Shown here: positions 1 through 10,217 of the stretch, piece after piece
How positions within the stretch are numbered: position 1 is the stretch's first letter
How the letters are laid out: each line of letters opens with the position of its first letter
Assembly (NCBI GenBank): GCA_964511645.1
Contig: CAZEGV010000003.1
Span: 2,591 to 66,590, forward strand
DNA length: 64,000 nt
From: an uncultured Cytophagales bacterium
GTDB lineage: Bacteria > Bacteroidota > Bacteroidia > Cytophagales > JAAEPT01
Direction of reading: 5' to 3'
Translations under genes and position numbers: made by a program
The notes under the pieces: generated by a model
Told to the model about the DNA's origin: nothing
Databases searched by the model: none
What the model saw: only the letters and a program-made list of their open reading frames with translations

Positions 1-1066
1 ATTGATTTCTTTTATCGCAAAGATGATTATACCAAGCTAATCGATTTGGTAGATTTGTTTTTGTTCTAGTAGAAGGGAAGTCTTGTAGTATTTTTTTGAT
101 GTCTGAGTGAATAAAGCATTTAGTAGGTACGTTTTTAGAACCTTCACTTTCATCAATATCTACGTGAATGATATGAGCATTAGGAGCAAATGTATTAAGT
201 TTTCCTGTTATTCTGTCATCAAACCGTATTCCTAAGGCAATGATGACATCTGCTTCCTGTACAGCTTCGTTGGTGTATTTCATCCCATGCATTCCTAACC
301 AAGAGAAATACCAGCTATGCTCTCTAGGAACAGCTCCAAGCCCTAGCATTGTAGAGATAACCGGAATTTTTTCCCCTTCTACAAATTCAAGTAACTCATC
401 ATTAGCATCGGATAATAATACCCCATGTCCAGCGATAATAAGTGGATTTTTAGCGTGATACAGCAATCTAATAGCTTTATCTATTTGATCAGGATTAGGC
501 TGAACTGTAATCTCAAAAACAGGAGTTTTAAACTGTTCTTCCCAAGAATCATTAATAATGATTCCTTCATTCTGAATGTCTTTAGGAATATCAATTAATA
601 CAGGACCTTTACGACCATTGATAGAAATTTCATAGGCTTCTCTAAAGATGTCTTCTGCTTTGGATAAGTCAGTTAATATGAATGTCTTTTTAGTAATAGG
701 CATACAGATACCCGTAATATCAATTTCTTGAAATGCATCCGATCCAATCAGCGAAGCAGCAACTTGTCCTGTAAGTGCAATCATTGGGATAGAATCTGCG
801 TAAGCATCGGCAATACCTGTAACTAAGTTAGTAGCACCAGGACCAGAAGTTGCCAAACAAAACCCAGGTGTGTTGACTAAAGTACGGGCATAAGCTTGTG
901 CAGCAATAGCGGCGGCTTGTTCGTGCCGTACTAGCACACTGTGAATGCTAGATTTCGGCAAGGCATCATAAATAGGTAAAACAGCACCGCCAGGATAGGC
1001 AAATAATGTCTTGCAACCCAATCGTTCAATGATTTTTACTATATATTCTGCCCCAGTTAATTTCAC
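1..1066 (-). CDS. ilvB: Acetolactate synthase large subunit (TPP enzyme), N-terminal ~355 aa; C-terminus lies beyond the window start
   Basis: My reverse-strand translation from GTG at 1066 reads VKLTGAEYIVKIIERLGCKTLFAYPGGAVLPIYDAL...ATSGPGATNLVTGIADAYADSIPMIALTGQV...GPVLIDIPKDIQ...LGMHGMKYTNEAVQEADVIIALGIRFDDR. An in-frame stop lies 9 nt upstream of the GTG. The ORF is absent from the track because it runs off the edge. Confidence 0.85.
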   Translation of the reverse strand, partial: MKLTGAEYIVKIIERLGCKTLFAYPGGAVLPIYDALPKSSIHSVLVRHEQAAAIAAQAYARTLVNTPGFCLATSGPGATNLVTGIADAYADSIPMIALTGQVAASLIGSDAFQEIDITGICMPITKKTFILTDLSKAEDIFREAYEISINGRKGPVLIDIPKDIQNEGIIINDSWEEQFKTPVFEITVQPNPDQIDKAIRLLYHAKNPLIIAGHGVLLSDANDELLEFVEGEKIPVISTMLGLGAVPREHSWYFSWLGMHGMKYTNEAVQEADVIIALGIRFDDRITGKLNTFAPNAHIIHVDIDESEGSKNVPTKCFIHSDIKKILQDFPSTRTKTNLPNRLAWYNHLCDKRNQ

Positions 1067-1192
1067 AATATTATTTTATGATAATTTATAATATTACAAA
1101 TATGAAAAAAAAATAGAGTTAAGCATATTTTAGGATACACATTTATTTAATTTACATCGAAAAAATATACCTTTACAAAAAACAAAAAGAGA

Positions 1193-2239
1193 ATGAAGGT
1201 ACTGAACTTACTGAGGGAAAACATAAAACAGTTGTCTCCTTACTCATCCGCAAGGGATGAATATAGTGGGGTAGAGGGAGTCTTTTTGGATGCTAATGAG
1301 AATCCTATAGGCTCTACGACCGCTGGTGCAGAGTTTAATCGCTATCCTGACCCTATACAGTGGAAGCTCAAACAAAAAATAGCAAAATTAAAATCAGTAA
1401 GCCCTGAGCAAATATTTTTGGGTAATGGCAGTGATGAGGCCATAGATTTGCTTGTTAGAATGTTTTGTGAACCAAAAAAAGACAATATAATAATCCTACC
1501 GCCTACTTATGGGATGTATAAGGTCTGTGCAGATATTCAAGATATAGAGATAAGGAAAGTAAACCTAATACCAGAAATCTTTCAGATAGATGTTAATAAA
1601 GTCTTAGGTACAATAGACAGTCATAGCAAAATTATTTGGGTTTGCTCACCCAATAATCCTACAGGTAATGATATTAAAGCCAGCGATATTGAGCTTTTAC
1701 TCAAGCAGTTTGATGGCGTTGTAGTGGTGGACGAAGCGTATATAGACTTTACAGACGTGCCTAGTTTTGTAGAGAAATTAAGCCAGTATGATAATTTAGT
1801 GATCTTGCAGACTTTCTCTAAAGCTTGGGGACTAGCAGCATTGCGTATGGGGATGGCTTTTGCAAACCCTGAATTGATTACGATTTTTAATAAAGTAAAA
1901 TATCCCTATAACATTAATGAAGCTACGCAAACATTTGTGATGAATGCTTTGACTAATGAAGCAGTCAAAAATAAGCATGTAGAAGAGATGTTAGCGACTA
2001 AAGATGTTTTAGAAAAAGCTTTGTTACAACTTTCTTTTGTACAAAAAACATATCCATCATCAGCTAATTTTATTTTAGTAAAAGTAGATGACCCAAGAGG
2101 GATTTATGAATACTTGATAAAAGACTTAATCATCATAAGAGATAGAAGTCAGGTAGTATTGTGCGAAGGCTGTTTACGGATTTCGATAGGTACAGTGGAA
2201 GAAAATAAATTACTGATAAAGAGGTTGTATGATTTTTAA
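1193..2239 (+). CDS. hisC: Histidinol-phosphate aminotransferase
   Basis: 348 aa with class-II aminotransferase hallmarks: LSPYSSARDEY, NPNNPTGN, VVVDEAYIDF, and TFSKAWGLAALRMG (PLP lysine context). Confidence 0.9.
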   Translation: MKVLNLLRENIKQLSPYSSARDEYSGVEGVFLDANENPIGSTTAGAEFNRYPDPIQWKLKQKIAKLKSVSPEQIFLGNGSDEAIDLLVRMFCEPKKDNIIILPPTYGMYKVCADIQDIEIRKVNLIPEIFQIDVNKVLGTIDSHSKIIWVCSPNNPTGNDIKASDIELLLKQFDGVVVVDEAYIDFTDVPSFVEKLSQYDNLVILQTFSKAWGLAALRMGMAFANPELITIFNKVKYPYNINEATQTFVMNALTNEAVKNKHVEEMLATKDVLEKALLQLSFVQKTYPSSANFILVKVDDPRGIYEYLIKDLIIIRDRSQVVLCEGCLRISIGTVEENKLLIKRLYDF

Positions 2240-2241
2240 AC

Positions 2242-5200
2242 TTACAATACCGCATCAGGAAGTGAACGTAAATCTACTGGGATAAGCTTGCTAACACCCA
2301 ATTCTTGCATCGTAACGCCATAAATAACATCAGTAGTGGACATAGTACGTTTGTTGTGTGTAACAATAATAAATTGAGAATCAGTCGAAAATTTACGAAT
2401 GATTTTATTGAACTTGTCAATATTTGCATCATCTAATGGTGCATCTACTTCATCAAAAATACAAAATGGTGCTGGTTTAATAAGGTAAATTGCAAATAAT
2501 AAAGCAACAGCAGTAAGCGTTTTCTCTCCTCCCGATAATTGATTTATAGTAAGAGGTCTCTTTCCTTTGGGTTTAGCAGTAATCTCTATAGCAGAGTCTA
2601 GTGGTTCTTCAGGGTTAACTAAAGTAAGGCTACAAGTATCTTCTTCCGTAAATAATGATCTAAACACCTCCTGAAAATTAGTTTGGATTTGTGTAAAAGC
2701 TTGAGTAAAATTTTCTTTGGCTACTTGATCTATTTCTGATATAGTATTGTGTAATGACTTTTTAGCACTCAATAGGTCATCTCTTTGTTCAGTAATAAAA
2801 ACATGGCGTTCTTTGATCTCTTCATAAGCTTCTACTGCCATCGGGTTAATTGTCCCAAGTCTATCAATGCTCTTTTTTACTTTTTCTACTTCATCTAGTA
2901 AATCTTCTATTGATTTACCACTATCATCATGTTCTTGCTCATCTATTTTGAGCTGATCCACATTTATGTTAAACTCTACACTTAATCGTTCACGCACAGA
3001 GTTTATTTTGAGTTTAACTTCATTAAGCTTTTCTTGACTCTCTAATAAGATATTGTCAATATTCTCTCTGTTTCTATTGATCTCACGGATTTCATTTTCT
3101 AGCTCGGTGATTGTGCCTCTACTAGCATAATAATCTTTTTCTGCCTCAGTTACACCTATTTCTATTTGTTCCTTCTCATCGTATAAAGCCAGTAAATCTT
3201 CATCCGAAAAATCAGTAGAAGCAAGCATCTTTTTTATCCCTTCGGCTACTTGCTCATAAGCTTGGGTATTTTGGAAGATTCGTTCACTTAAGGTTTTATA
3301 TTGAGTAGTTTTATAACTAATGTCTTTTTCTATCGAAAAAACCTTGTTTTTTCCTTGATGAAAAAGAATGTTTTCAGTGTTATACCCTTGGGATTTCTCA
3401 CTTACCTGATCATTAAGTTTTTTGATAGCCTGAACTGTTTTTTCATTAGTTTCTTGTGCTATTTTCAAAGTTAATTCTTTCTCTTTTAATTGAGGAGTAC
3501 TTTTAGCTATCGCCTCACGTAATATTTTAATACTTTGCTCAACTATCTCTGTTTTATCTTGAGTATTAGCTAGCACATTCTCTATCTGTTCTATTTTGGT
3601 AATAACCGATGTATAAGCTGTGTTAAGCTTATTTAGAGCAGTTTGTTTTTTATCAATTTGCTTTCTATAAGCCTTCTCCTTAAGGTCTAGCAATATATTA
3701 GTTTCCTTGTCCAGTTCATGTTGAATCTTCTGTTGATTTTTTTGTAAGCCTTTAATTCTAATATTTAGCTTCTCTAAATTTTTAGCTCTACCAATTCTTT
3801 TTCCTTCAAACAGCCCCACAGCCCCACCCGAAATACTATGCTTTCGTTTTGTTATTTTCCCGTCAAGGCTTAAGAAAGTATAACGATTATCCTCAGGGAT
3901 ATTATAATTAGCCGAAGTTGAAATAAAAGTATTATGTAGTAATAACTCTACAATTTTTGTGTATTTACTATCATACTCTACAATACTGATAGCAGGAATT
4001 GTGTTTTGAGGAGTAGCAATACCATCACCATACTGAGCCTCAATATTGTTAAGTACAAAAAACTGTGCCTTCCCCTTACTACTTTCGCTCAACAATTTGA
4101 TGGCATGATGTGCTTCGCTAATATCATCTACCACATAATGATTCATCAAATGCTCAAGATGATTTTCTATCGCCAAGCGATATTTAGAATCACAAGTAAT
4201 TAAATCTGAAAGTAAAGGAGCATCATTATTCCAATTGGTGTTTTTCTTCAAAAACTTAATAGCATCAGGAAAACCCTCCAAATTATCTACAAGAGATTTT
4301 GTAAGTTTATATTCATTTTCAGTAGCATCAAGCGTTCTATTAGTTTCAAAAAGTGTAGTTTTAACCTTATCAATATTACTTTCACTCTTCTCAATAGCAA
4401 CTTTGTTTTTATCCTCTTTATCACGCAAATTATGCAAGAGATGCTCCAAACTCTGCATATCCTTAGCCAGAACAAGTCTTTCCTCTTTTAGTCTGCCTAC
4501 CCTTATCTCATTATTGCTGTTATCCGTAAATGATTGATGAAGATCTTGGCTAAGCTTTGTTACCTGTACCTCACTTATTTCCAACGACTTTTTAAGCTGA
4601 AAAACTTCGTTTTGAATACCATTAAGCACATTACCCTCTTCAGACAACTGCTCCCTAAAACTATGCAAGACCTTTTTTTCTGCCTCATAAGACTTCTCAA
4701 GTAAACTTACATTTTTCTCTGTATCTTTAAGATTCTTTTCAGCACTTATCAGCTCCTCTTTTAATATTTTTAACTCCGTTTCATTTGTCTCTAAGCTCAG
4801 CTTATCCCCTTTGATTAAACCATTCAACGAATCAGTCTTATCATTAAGATGTTTTAATCGCTCCCCACGAATTTTTTTATCTGCCTCATACTGTCTAATT
4901 TTATTAAACTGCTCATTAAGTGTTTTTTGCCTAGAGCTTAATAAATTTTCCTTCTTGATTAAATCTTTTTTTATTTTTTCTAACTCGGTCTCCTTAGTAA
5001 TTACTATTTTAGATACCTCTGTACGGTTCAAACTATTACTTTCAACCTGTTTTTTGAGCAAAATAAACTTTTCCTGATAATCACTCATATTAAAATGAGC
5101 CATCTGGATACTCAACTCCTTATACTCAGCCTTTAGCACATGATATTTCTCCGCCTGTTTTGCCTGTTTCTCTAGTGATTTTAGATTTTTATCAATCTCA

Positions 5201-5787
5201 TACAGAATATCCTCCACACGATTAAGGTCCTTATCTGTATCTTCAAGCTTTTTTAAAGTCTGTTTTTTTCTCGTCTTAAACTTAGAAATTCCAGAAGCCT
5301 CCTCAAACAGCGTTCTACGAGCATTATTATTATCATTAAGAATATCATCAACCATCTTAAGCTCAATAATAGCATAACTATCCGAACCAATCCCCGTATC
5401 CATAAACAACTCCGTGATATCCTTAAGTCGGCACTGCACACCATTAAGCAAATACTCACTCTCACCAGAGCGATAATACCTACGTGTAATGTGTACCTGC
5501 GAATATTCAGTAGGGATAATATTTTTAGTATTATTAAAAGTAAGTGAAACTTCCGCCATCTGTAACGGCTTCCGTTTCTTAGTCCCATTAAAGATGATAT
5601 TAGTCATCTTATCAGATCTTAATACCCGAGTCTTTTGCTCCCCCAACACCCACCGTATAGCATCCACAATATTAGACTTACCACAACCATTAGGACCAAC
5701 CACACCCGTAATACCTTTATCAAAATTGAGTACAACCTTATCTCCAAAACTCTTAAAACCTTTTATTTCAAGCCTACTTAACTCCAT
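2242..5787 (-). CDS. smc: Chromosome segregation protein SMC
   Basis: 1181 aa. It has an N-terminal Walker A (GPNGCGKSNIVDAIRWVLGEQ), long coiled coils, a hinge, and the C-terminal signature LSGGEKTLTAVALLFA followed by FCIFDEVDAPLD. Confidence 0.95.
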   Translation of the reverse strand: MELSRLEIKGFKSFGDKVVLNFDKGITGVVGPNGCGKSNIVDAIRWVLGEQKTRVLRSDKMTNIIFNGTKKRKPLQMAEVSLTFNNTKNIIPTEYSQVHITRRYYRSGESEYLLNGVQCRLKDITELFMDTGIGSDSYAIIELKMVDDILNDNNNARRTLFEEASGISKFKTRKKQTLKKLEDTDKDLNRVEDILYEIDKNLKSLEKQAKQAEKYHVLKAEYKELSIQMAHFNMSDYQEKFILLKKQVESNSLNRTEVSKIVITKETELEKIKKDLIKKENLLSSRQKTLNEQFNKIRQYEADKKIRGERLKHLNDKTDSLNGLIKGDKLSLETNETELKILKEELISAEKNLKDTEKNVSLLEKSYEAEKKVLHSFREQLSEEGNVLNGIQNEVFQLKKSLEISEVQVTKLSQDLHQSFTDNSNNEIRVGRLKEERLVLAKDMQSLEHLLHNLRDKEDKNKVAIEKSESNIDKVKTTLFETNRTLDATENEYKLTKSLVDNLEGFPDAIKFLKKNTNWNNDAPLLSDLITCDSKYRLAIENHLEHLMNHYVVDDISEAHHAIKLLSESSKGKAQFFVLNNIEAQYGDGIATPQNTIPAISIVEYDSKYTKIVELLLHNTFISTSANYNIPEDNRYTFLSLDGKITKRKHSISGGAVGLFEGKRIGRAKNLEKLNIRIKGLQKNQQKIQHELDKETNILLDLKEKAYRKQIDKKQTALNKLNTAYTSVITKIEQIENVLANTQDKTEIVEQSIKILREAIAKSTPQLKEKELTLKIAQETNEKTVQAIKKLNDQVSEKSQGYNTENILFHQGKNKVFSIEKDISYKTTQYKTLSERIFQNTQAYEQVAEGIKKMLASTDFSDEDLLALYDEKEQIEIGVTEAEKDYYASRGTITELENEIREINRNRENIDNILLESQEKLNEVKLKINSVRERLSVEFNINVDQLKIDEQEHDDSGKSIEDLLDEVEKVKKSIDRLGTINPMAVEAYEEIKERHVFITEQRDDLLSAKKSLHNTISEIDQVAKENFTQAFTQIQTNFQEVFRSLFTEEDTCSLTLVNPEEPLDSAIEITAKPKGKRPLTINQLSGGEKTLTAVALLFAIYLIKPAPFCIFDEVDAPLDDANIDKFNKIIRKFSTDSQFIIVTHNKRTMSTTDVIYGVTMQELGVSKLIPVDLRSLPDAVL

Positions 5788-5813
5788 TTAGCACTATTTC
5801 ATTATTATCTTTT

Positions 5814-5915
5814 GGGGCTTCCCGTTCATTTCTAGCTACGCTTCACTACCATCTTGAAAACGGGTACGTGTTCGTCTACTGACGGATCCCTAAGCCAAAC
5901 ATGCTTCGCATGCCT
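5814..5915 (+). repeat. Modular hairpin repeat, copy A (degenerate; lacks the central GTCGGG..TTCGCT core)
   Basis: It starts GGGGCTT, followed by the stem CCCGTT...AACGGG around a CATTTC..TTCACTAC loop. The block GTGTTCGTCTACTGACGGATCCCT (5868-5891) matches copy F at 22 of 24 positions. It ends in the hairpin CATGCTTCGCATG. Confidence 0.5.
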
Positions 5916-5979
5916 TACAATATTATTATTTAAGCCCGAAGATAGTAAAATTAATCAAAAAAATCTTATTTTTGACACT

Positions 5980-6429
5980 ATGGAAACAATACAATATCAT
6001 GCAGAATCTAATTATGTTTTTATATTTGTAATGGTAGCCGTAGGTTTATTTAGGCTCATAAAGATGTTTTCTAAAAACAAAGAAAACAAAACAGCTAATA
6101 ACCAATACACACCAGTACCTGAATTCAGAACCGAGCACCAAGACGAATTTGATGAAGATTACTCTCAGAACTTTACTGCTCAATTTGAAGAATTATTTAA
6201 TCAAGTTAAACCAAAAGAATCACTCCAACCGATTGTTGAAAAACCAAAACCAGTTTCAGCACCAGTTCAGTCCACTCCCGTAGACTCGATGAGTACTCAA
6301 CGTGGCAGGCATTACAAAATAGAAAAAAAACAAGCATCTCAAGCACAAGAGTTACTCAACAGCCCAGAGCAATTAAGAAAAGCAATTATCACCAAAGAGA
6401 TTTTTGACAAACCCTTGGCATTGAGATGA
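5980..6429 (+). CDS. Hypothetical protein with a single N-terminal TM helix (149 aa from the first ATG)
   Basis: The track ORF begins at TTG 5854 inside repeat A. I prefer the ATG at 5980 (METIQYH..), which is followed by the hydrophobic stretch VFIFVMVAVGLF. No recognisable domain. Confidence 0.45.
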   Translation: METIQYHAESNYVFIFVMVAVGLFRLIKMFSKNKENKTANNQYTPVPEFRTEHQDEFDEDYSQNFTAQFEELFNQVKPKESLQPIVEKPKPVSAPVQSTPVDSMSTQRGRHYKIEKKQASQAQELLNSPEQLRKAIITKEIFDKPLALR

Positions 6430-6505
6430 GACTAGTATTAGTAAATGTGAAAATCTCTCTTTAAATATAAAATGAAGAAACTGGTGTAAGGTAAAACTTA
6501 TCTAG

Positions 6506-9500
6506 TTATAATTTTATGACTTTCTTGTAATTTATAGTACCATCAATTAGAAATACCTTGCAGAGGTATAAGTCTGCGGGTAAAGTAGAAATATCAACTT
6601 CTGTAGAATCAAAACTTCCAATTTCTTGCCCTATTGAGTTATATATTATTACTTTTTCAAAATTCGTATAAGCAAAAATCAATTTAGATACACTGGGATT
6701 AGGATAGATACAGTTACAAGTAGATTGTTTTTTTTCGAACAATACGGAATCAGATAATGCCAAACAACCATTTTCATCTTCTATTGAAATTTGATAATAT
6801 CCCTCCTTTTCAGGTATAAATGATGACTGATTATGCGTCAGTCCAACCCCGTTCCTATACCATGTAATCTTCTTGTAGCTTACATTGGTAAAAAGAGAAT
6901 CCCCAAAAACAAGTAATTCAGGCTGAGGTAATATGTACTTATTGATGAAAATCCGATTACTCACAGCACTTTTACAAGAACCTAATTGTTGACCAACATA
7001 GACATTTCCTTTATACGTATCCAAAACTGTATAGGTGAGTGATACTCCCCAAATAGTATCTGATTGAAATACCCAATAAACAATAGCGTCAAGATCTTTG
7101 TTTTCAGCCTGAAGCTGAATTTCACCACAAGTGATGATTGAATCTGTAGGGTAATTATGAGAAAGATGAAGAGAGTCTAATTTTCTGTATTCTACAAAAA
7201 TAGAATCAAAAGGAGTGCTACAAGAAGTCGTATTTGAATTATAAACAGCGTAAATGGTGTGAGCCTGATTATAGGTGACAAGATTAAATGTATCTCCTGT
7301 GAATTGCAGGATTTTTTTAGCGTCAACATACCAGTCTGTTTCCTTATAATGGCTAACAAAAGAGATTCTATCTCCAATCTGGCACATAATCGTATCAGAT
7401 GTGATTATTGGATGGTTATTAAAGCTTTTAATAGTAAAAGAATCCAAAGTTGCTTCATAACATCCTGTTGTTGGATCAAAAGGAGCATAATATATGATGG
7501 TATCAATAACAACTGTGGGGTCAATCATAGCTATCGGATCGAAAAAATAAAATGAATCAGTAAACCAGTTGTTCTCCATTTTTGAAGAGTTAGAGAACAT
7601 AAGCTTATCACTTGAAGTGATTTTAAAAGTAGTATTTCCACATATTTCATAAATACTATCTAGATCAGGTTGATAGGGTCCATATGGATTATTTACACTT
7701 ATCGTATCTTTGTAAAGGCATCCTGTTTTTTTATTTTCAATAAAAAAATAGTAATCACCATAGTCTGATACCTTTTTTGTAACGGCAGAAGAGTTTGGGA
7801 AGCTATAATCAATACTATCAGAATAATTGCCATTATGTTTCCAATAATACATATAAGATGACTTTGACTCATCCATTATGTAAAGTGAGATTTCTCCAGT
7901 GGAGCCATAAATCCCTTGACAATTTGGAAGTCTAATATCATTAACCTTCACTCTAGGCAGAGAATTGCTTGATCTACCAAAACTTTCTATTCCCTTAGCA
8001 TCTTTAACGACTATACGAGTCGAACTGCTTGTTGCCGCATGAATTACTTTATTAAAATGGAAATAATCAGTATAAGTTAACAACGATTTTTCTGTTTTGT
8101 AAGGGGAATTTTGGGTTATAGTTACTTCAAAAGGAGGAGTTCCTCTTACTACATGAAAGTAAATACGAGTACTATCACAGAAATCTTCAAATTGTATTCC
8201 GTCTTCTGTGACCCCAACTATAAATGTATCTATGTTTCTACATCCCGATTGATCTGTATGGATAAGGATGTACTCTCCTTCCATTCCTCCAATACTATTC
8301 GTCTGATAATTTATGAATTCAAAATCTAATGAGGATTTAGTTGTGTCGGATGGTGTGATATAGGTGGTTTTAACGGGCAACTCTCCATAGGAATATAAAG
8401 AATAAAAATGACCATAATTCTTTACATCCTGATTTACACCTTTTAAAGACTTTATTTCGTAATATGCCGTTTCGATAAAACAACCTTCTTGCGTGGTGAT
8501 TTTCGCTTTGTAAAAACCTATGGTAAGTGAATTGTAGAGCTGTGTTTTATTAACATTAGTGGTGCTTATTTTTGTCCAATTAGTTTTGTTTTGGCTCTTG
8601 TACCATGTTACTTGATAATTTGTTTCTCCTCCAGTTATAATAAGTTCTATTTCCCCTGTTGTTCGAGAATCTTCAGGGAAATCGTTAGCACTACAATCTC
8701 CTATATGAGCAACATCCATAGTGTATGTAATCCCACAATTGTCAAAAAATGGATCTTCTGACTTTACTGGTGACTGACCTGTGGGTCCAAACAATACAAA
8801 ATTATCCGTGACTAAGACTGAGTCGCAGACAACTGTACTACCTGACCCACTACTAACCCACTTGCAATTTTGTGAACTACTTGTACTTCTTTTAAAAAGA
8901 ATCCATTCTCCATCTACTCCCAATATACTTAGTGAGGATATCTCTCTGTCTTGTCCTTCTGTAGAGAAAATATCACCTACTGTCTTGTTATAAGTAAGCT
9001 TATTTAGAGCTTCTGCAGGGAGCGGTGTTGTGAGGAGGTTATTAATAGGAAGGTATTTCCAACCATAAAGATAGGAGTTTAGAAATACATAATTACTGTC
9101 ACTTATCATACTATTGACATTAGGTACTTCGACAATATTCCCGTCGGGGTAAATAATGTTAGCACGGTTATCAGTTATCAAAAATAGATTATCTCCAAAA
9201 AAAGACGATCTTAAATAATTTAGAGGAGTGCCTAAATCAATATTTATTTTTTCGGGAGGGGTATTGATTCCTTTGTATTTAAATAGTCCTTTTTCGGCGT
9301 TGTTTTGAGTTCCGTAAAAGTACATGTTCTCTCCAACCACATACCGTTCCATAATATTATCTAGGTCTGTTGGAGCAGTACCTTTTCTAACTGCAACTTT
9401 CGAGGAATCATTAGTGTCGAGATAGTAGAAATCAGAACCATTAAAACTCCGAGCCCCCTCATAAAATAAAGTATCATGAAATATAGTTGACATATAAATT

Positions 9501-10114
9501 TTGAATCTAGGGTTAGTATCATATTCGTTACCTGATTTATAACAATTACTTTTGCCAAAATATGCTGGAGGTAATGTTTTAGGAGCATTCACCCCGTCCC
9601 AAGTCATCAGAGATGCTTCTCCTGCACAAGGGTTAAGATGACTACTTTGATGTATGAAACCTTGAAAATATAATTTCCCCTCATATACAATCATTGCATC
9701 AGGGTTTACAATTTTGATATAATAACCTAATGGATTATTAGGTGAAAAATAAGGCGATGCATAAACAAGTGAATCTTTCGTGAATTTAAACAGATTACCA
9801 CTCTTACCACTAACATACATTACTTTTACTCCATTTACTTCATGTATAGTCCTCATCGGGAAGTTACTATGCCATGGTGAGTTTTCTAAACCTAAAGCAA
9901 TGGTATTATTTTCAAGATCATATCCGTAAAGATTAGTTTGTCCATTTTCCTGCCCCGTAAATAATAACTTATTTTCTTTGATTATGGTGTTTCCAACTAA
10001 AGAATAATAGTCTATATCGGAGAGTTCTTGTTCTAAAATAATAGCACTATAATCAGTCTGAGCACTTAGTGAAAGACTGACTATAAAAATAAAGGTTGTT
10101 AAAAATAATTTCAT
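6506..10114 (-). CDS. Large secreted protein with a T9SS type-A C-terminal sorting domain
   Basis: 1202 aa. It has a signal peptide (MKLFLTTFIFIVSLSLSAQ), many Cys-containing beta-rich repeat modules, and a C-terminal ~80 aa typical of the Por/T9SS CTD (CIYPNPSVSKLIF...IYNSIGQEI...LPADLYLCKV...KKVIKL). Confidence 0.85.
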   Translation of the reverse strand: MKLFLTTFIFIVSLSLSAQTDYSAIILEQELSDIDYYSLVGNTIIKENKLLFTGQENGQTNLYGYDLENNTIALGLENSPWHSNFPMRTIHEVNGVKVMYVSGKSGNLFKFTKDSLVYASPYFSPNNPLGYYIKIVNPDAMIVYEGKLYFQGFIHQSSHLNPCAGEASLMTWDGVNAPKTLPPAYFGKSNCYKSGNEYDTNPRFKIYMSTIFHDTLFYEGARSFNGSDFYYLDTNDSSKVAVRKGTAPTDLDNIMERYVVGENMYFYGTQNNAEKGLFKYKGINTPPEKINIDLGTPLNYLRSSFFGDNLFLITDNRANIIYPDGNIVEVPNVNSMISDSNYVFLNSYLYGWKYLPINNLLTTPLPAEALNKLTYNKTVGDIFSTEGQDREISSLSILGVDGEWILFKRSTSSSQNCKWVSSGSGSTVVCDSVLVTDNFVLFGPTGQSPVKSEDPFFDNCGITYTMDVAHIGDCSANDFPEDSRTTGEIELIITGGETNYQVTWYKSQNKTNWTKISTTNVNKTQLYNSLTIGFYKAKITTQEGCFIETAYYEIKSLKGVNQDVKNYGHFYSLYSYGELPVKTTYITPSDTTKSSLDFEFINYQTNSIGGMEGEYILIHTDQSGCRNIDTFIVGVTEDGIQFEDFCDSTRIYFHVVRGTPPFEVTITQNSPYKTEKSLLTYTDYFHFNKVIHAATSSSTRIVVKDAKGIESFGRSSNSLPRVKVNDIRLPNCQGIYGSTGEISLYIMDESKSSYMYYWKHNGNYSDSIDYSFPNSSAVTKKVSDYGDYYFFIENKKTGCLYKDTISVNNPYGPYQPDLDSIYEICGNTTFKITSSDKLMFSNSSKMENNWFTDSFYFFDPIAMIDPTVVIDTIIYYAPFDPTTGCYEATLDSFTIKSFNNHPIITSDTIMCQIGDRISFVSHYKETDWYVDAKKILQFTGDTFNLVTYNQAHTIYAVYNSNTTSCSTPFDSIFVEYRKLDSLHLSHNYPTDSIITCGEIQLQAENKDLDAIVYWVFQSDTIWGVSLTYTVLDTYKGNVYVGQQLGSCKSAVSNRIFINKYILPQPELLVFGDSLFTNVSYKKITWYRNGVGLTHNQSSFIPEKEGYYQISIEDENGCLALSDSVLFEKKQSTCNCIYPNPSVSKLIFAYTNFEKVIIYNSIGQEIGSFDSTEVDISTLPADLYLCKVFLIDGTINYKKVIKL

Positions 10115-10217
10115 CTATTTAGGTTAAAGTGATTGCAATTCATACCTTAATATGATGAACTACTAATAAAGTAACCACATTACTGAGTTTTATTGGTTTC
10201 AAGAATAGTTAAAATTA

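Noticed and set aside
4006-5791. Antisense ORFs inside smc (4006-4203, 4235-4537, 4287-4475, 4811-5077, 5253-5588, 5489-5791)
   Set aside because: These are low-complexity Leu/Ser/Phe-rich translations mirroring the Lys/Glu-rich coiled-coil codons of smc, and they have no motifs. Similar antisense ORFs occur inside cusA, dxs, nadB, the S41 peptidase, the MORN-repeat gene and others. All are treated as spurious.
5854-5979. N-terminal extensions produced by TTG/GTG or upstream ATG starts in the ORF track (5854, 19972, 23544, 27527, 36157, 44541, 51399, 53983, 56659, 61282)
   Set aside because: In each case a downstream ATG (or GTG) gives the canonical family N-terminus or a proper signal peptide, and removes overlap with a neighbouring gene or repeat. 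The shorter models were used in the feature table.
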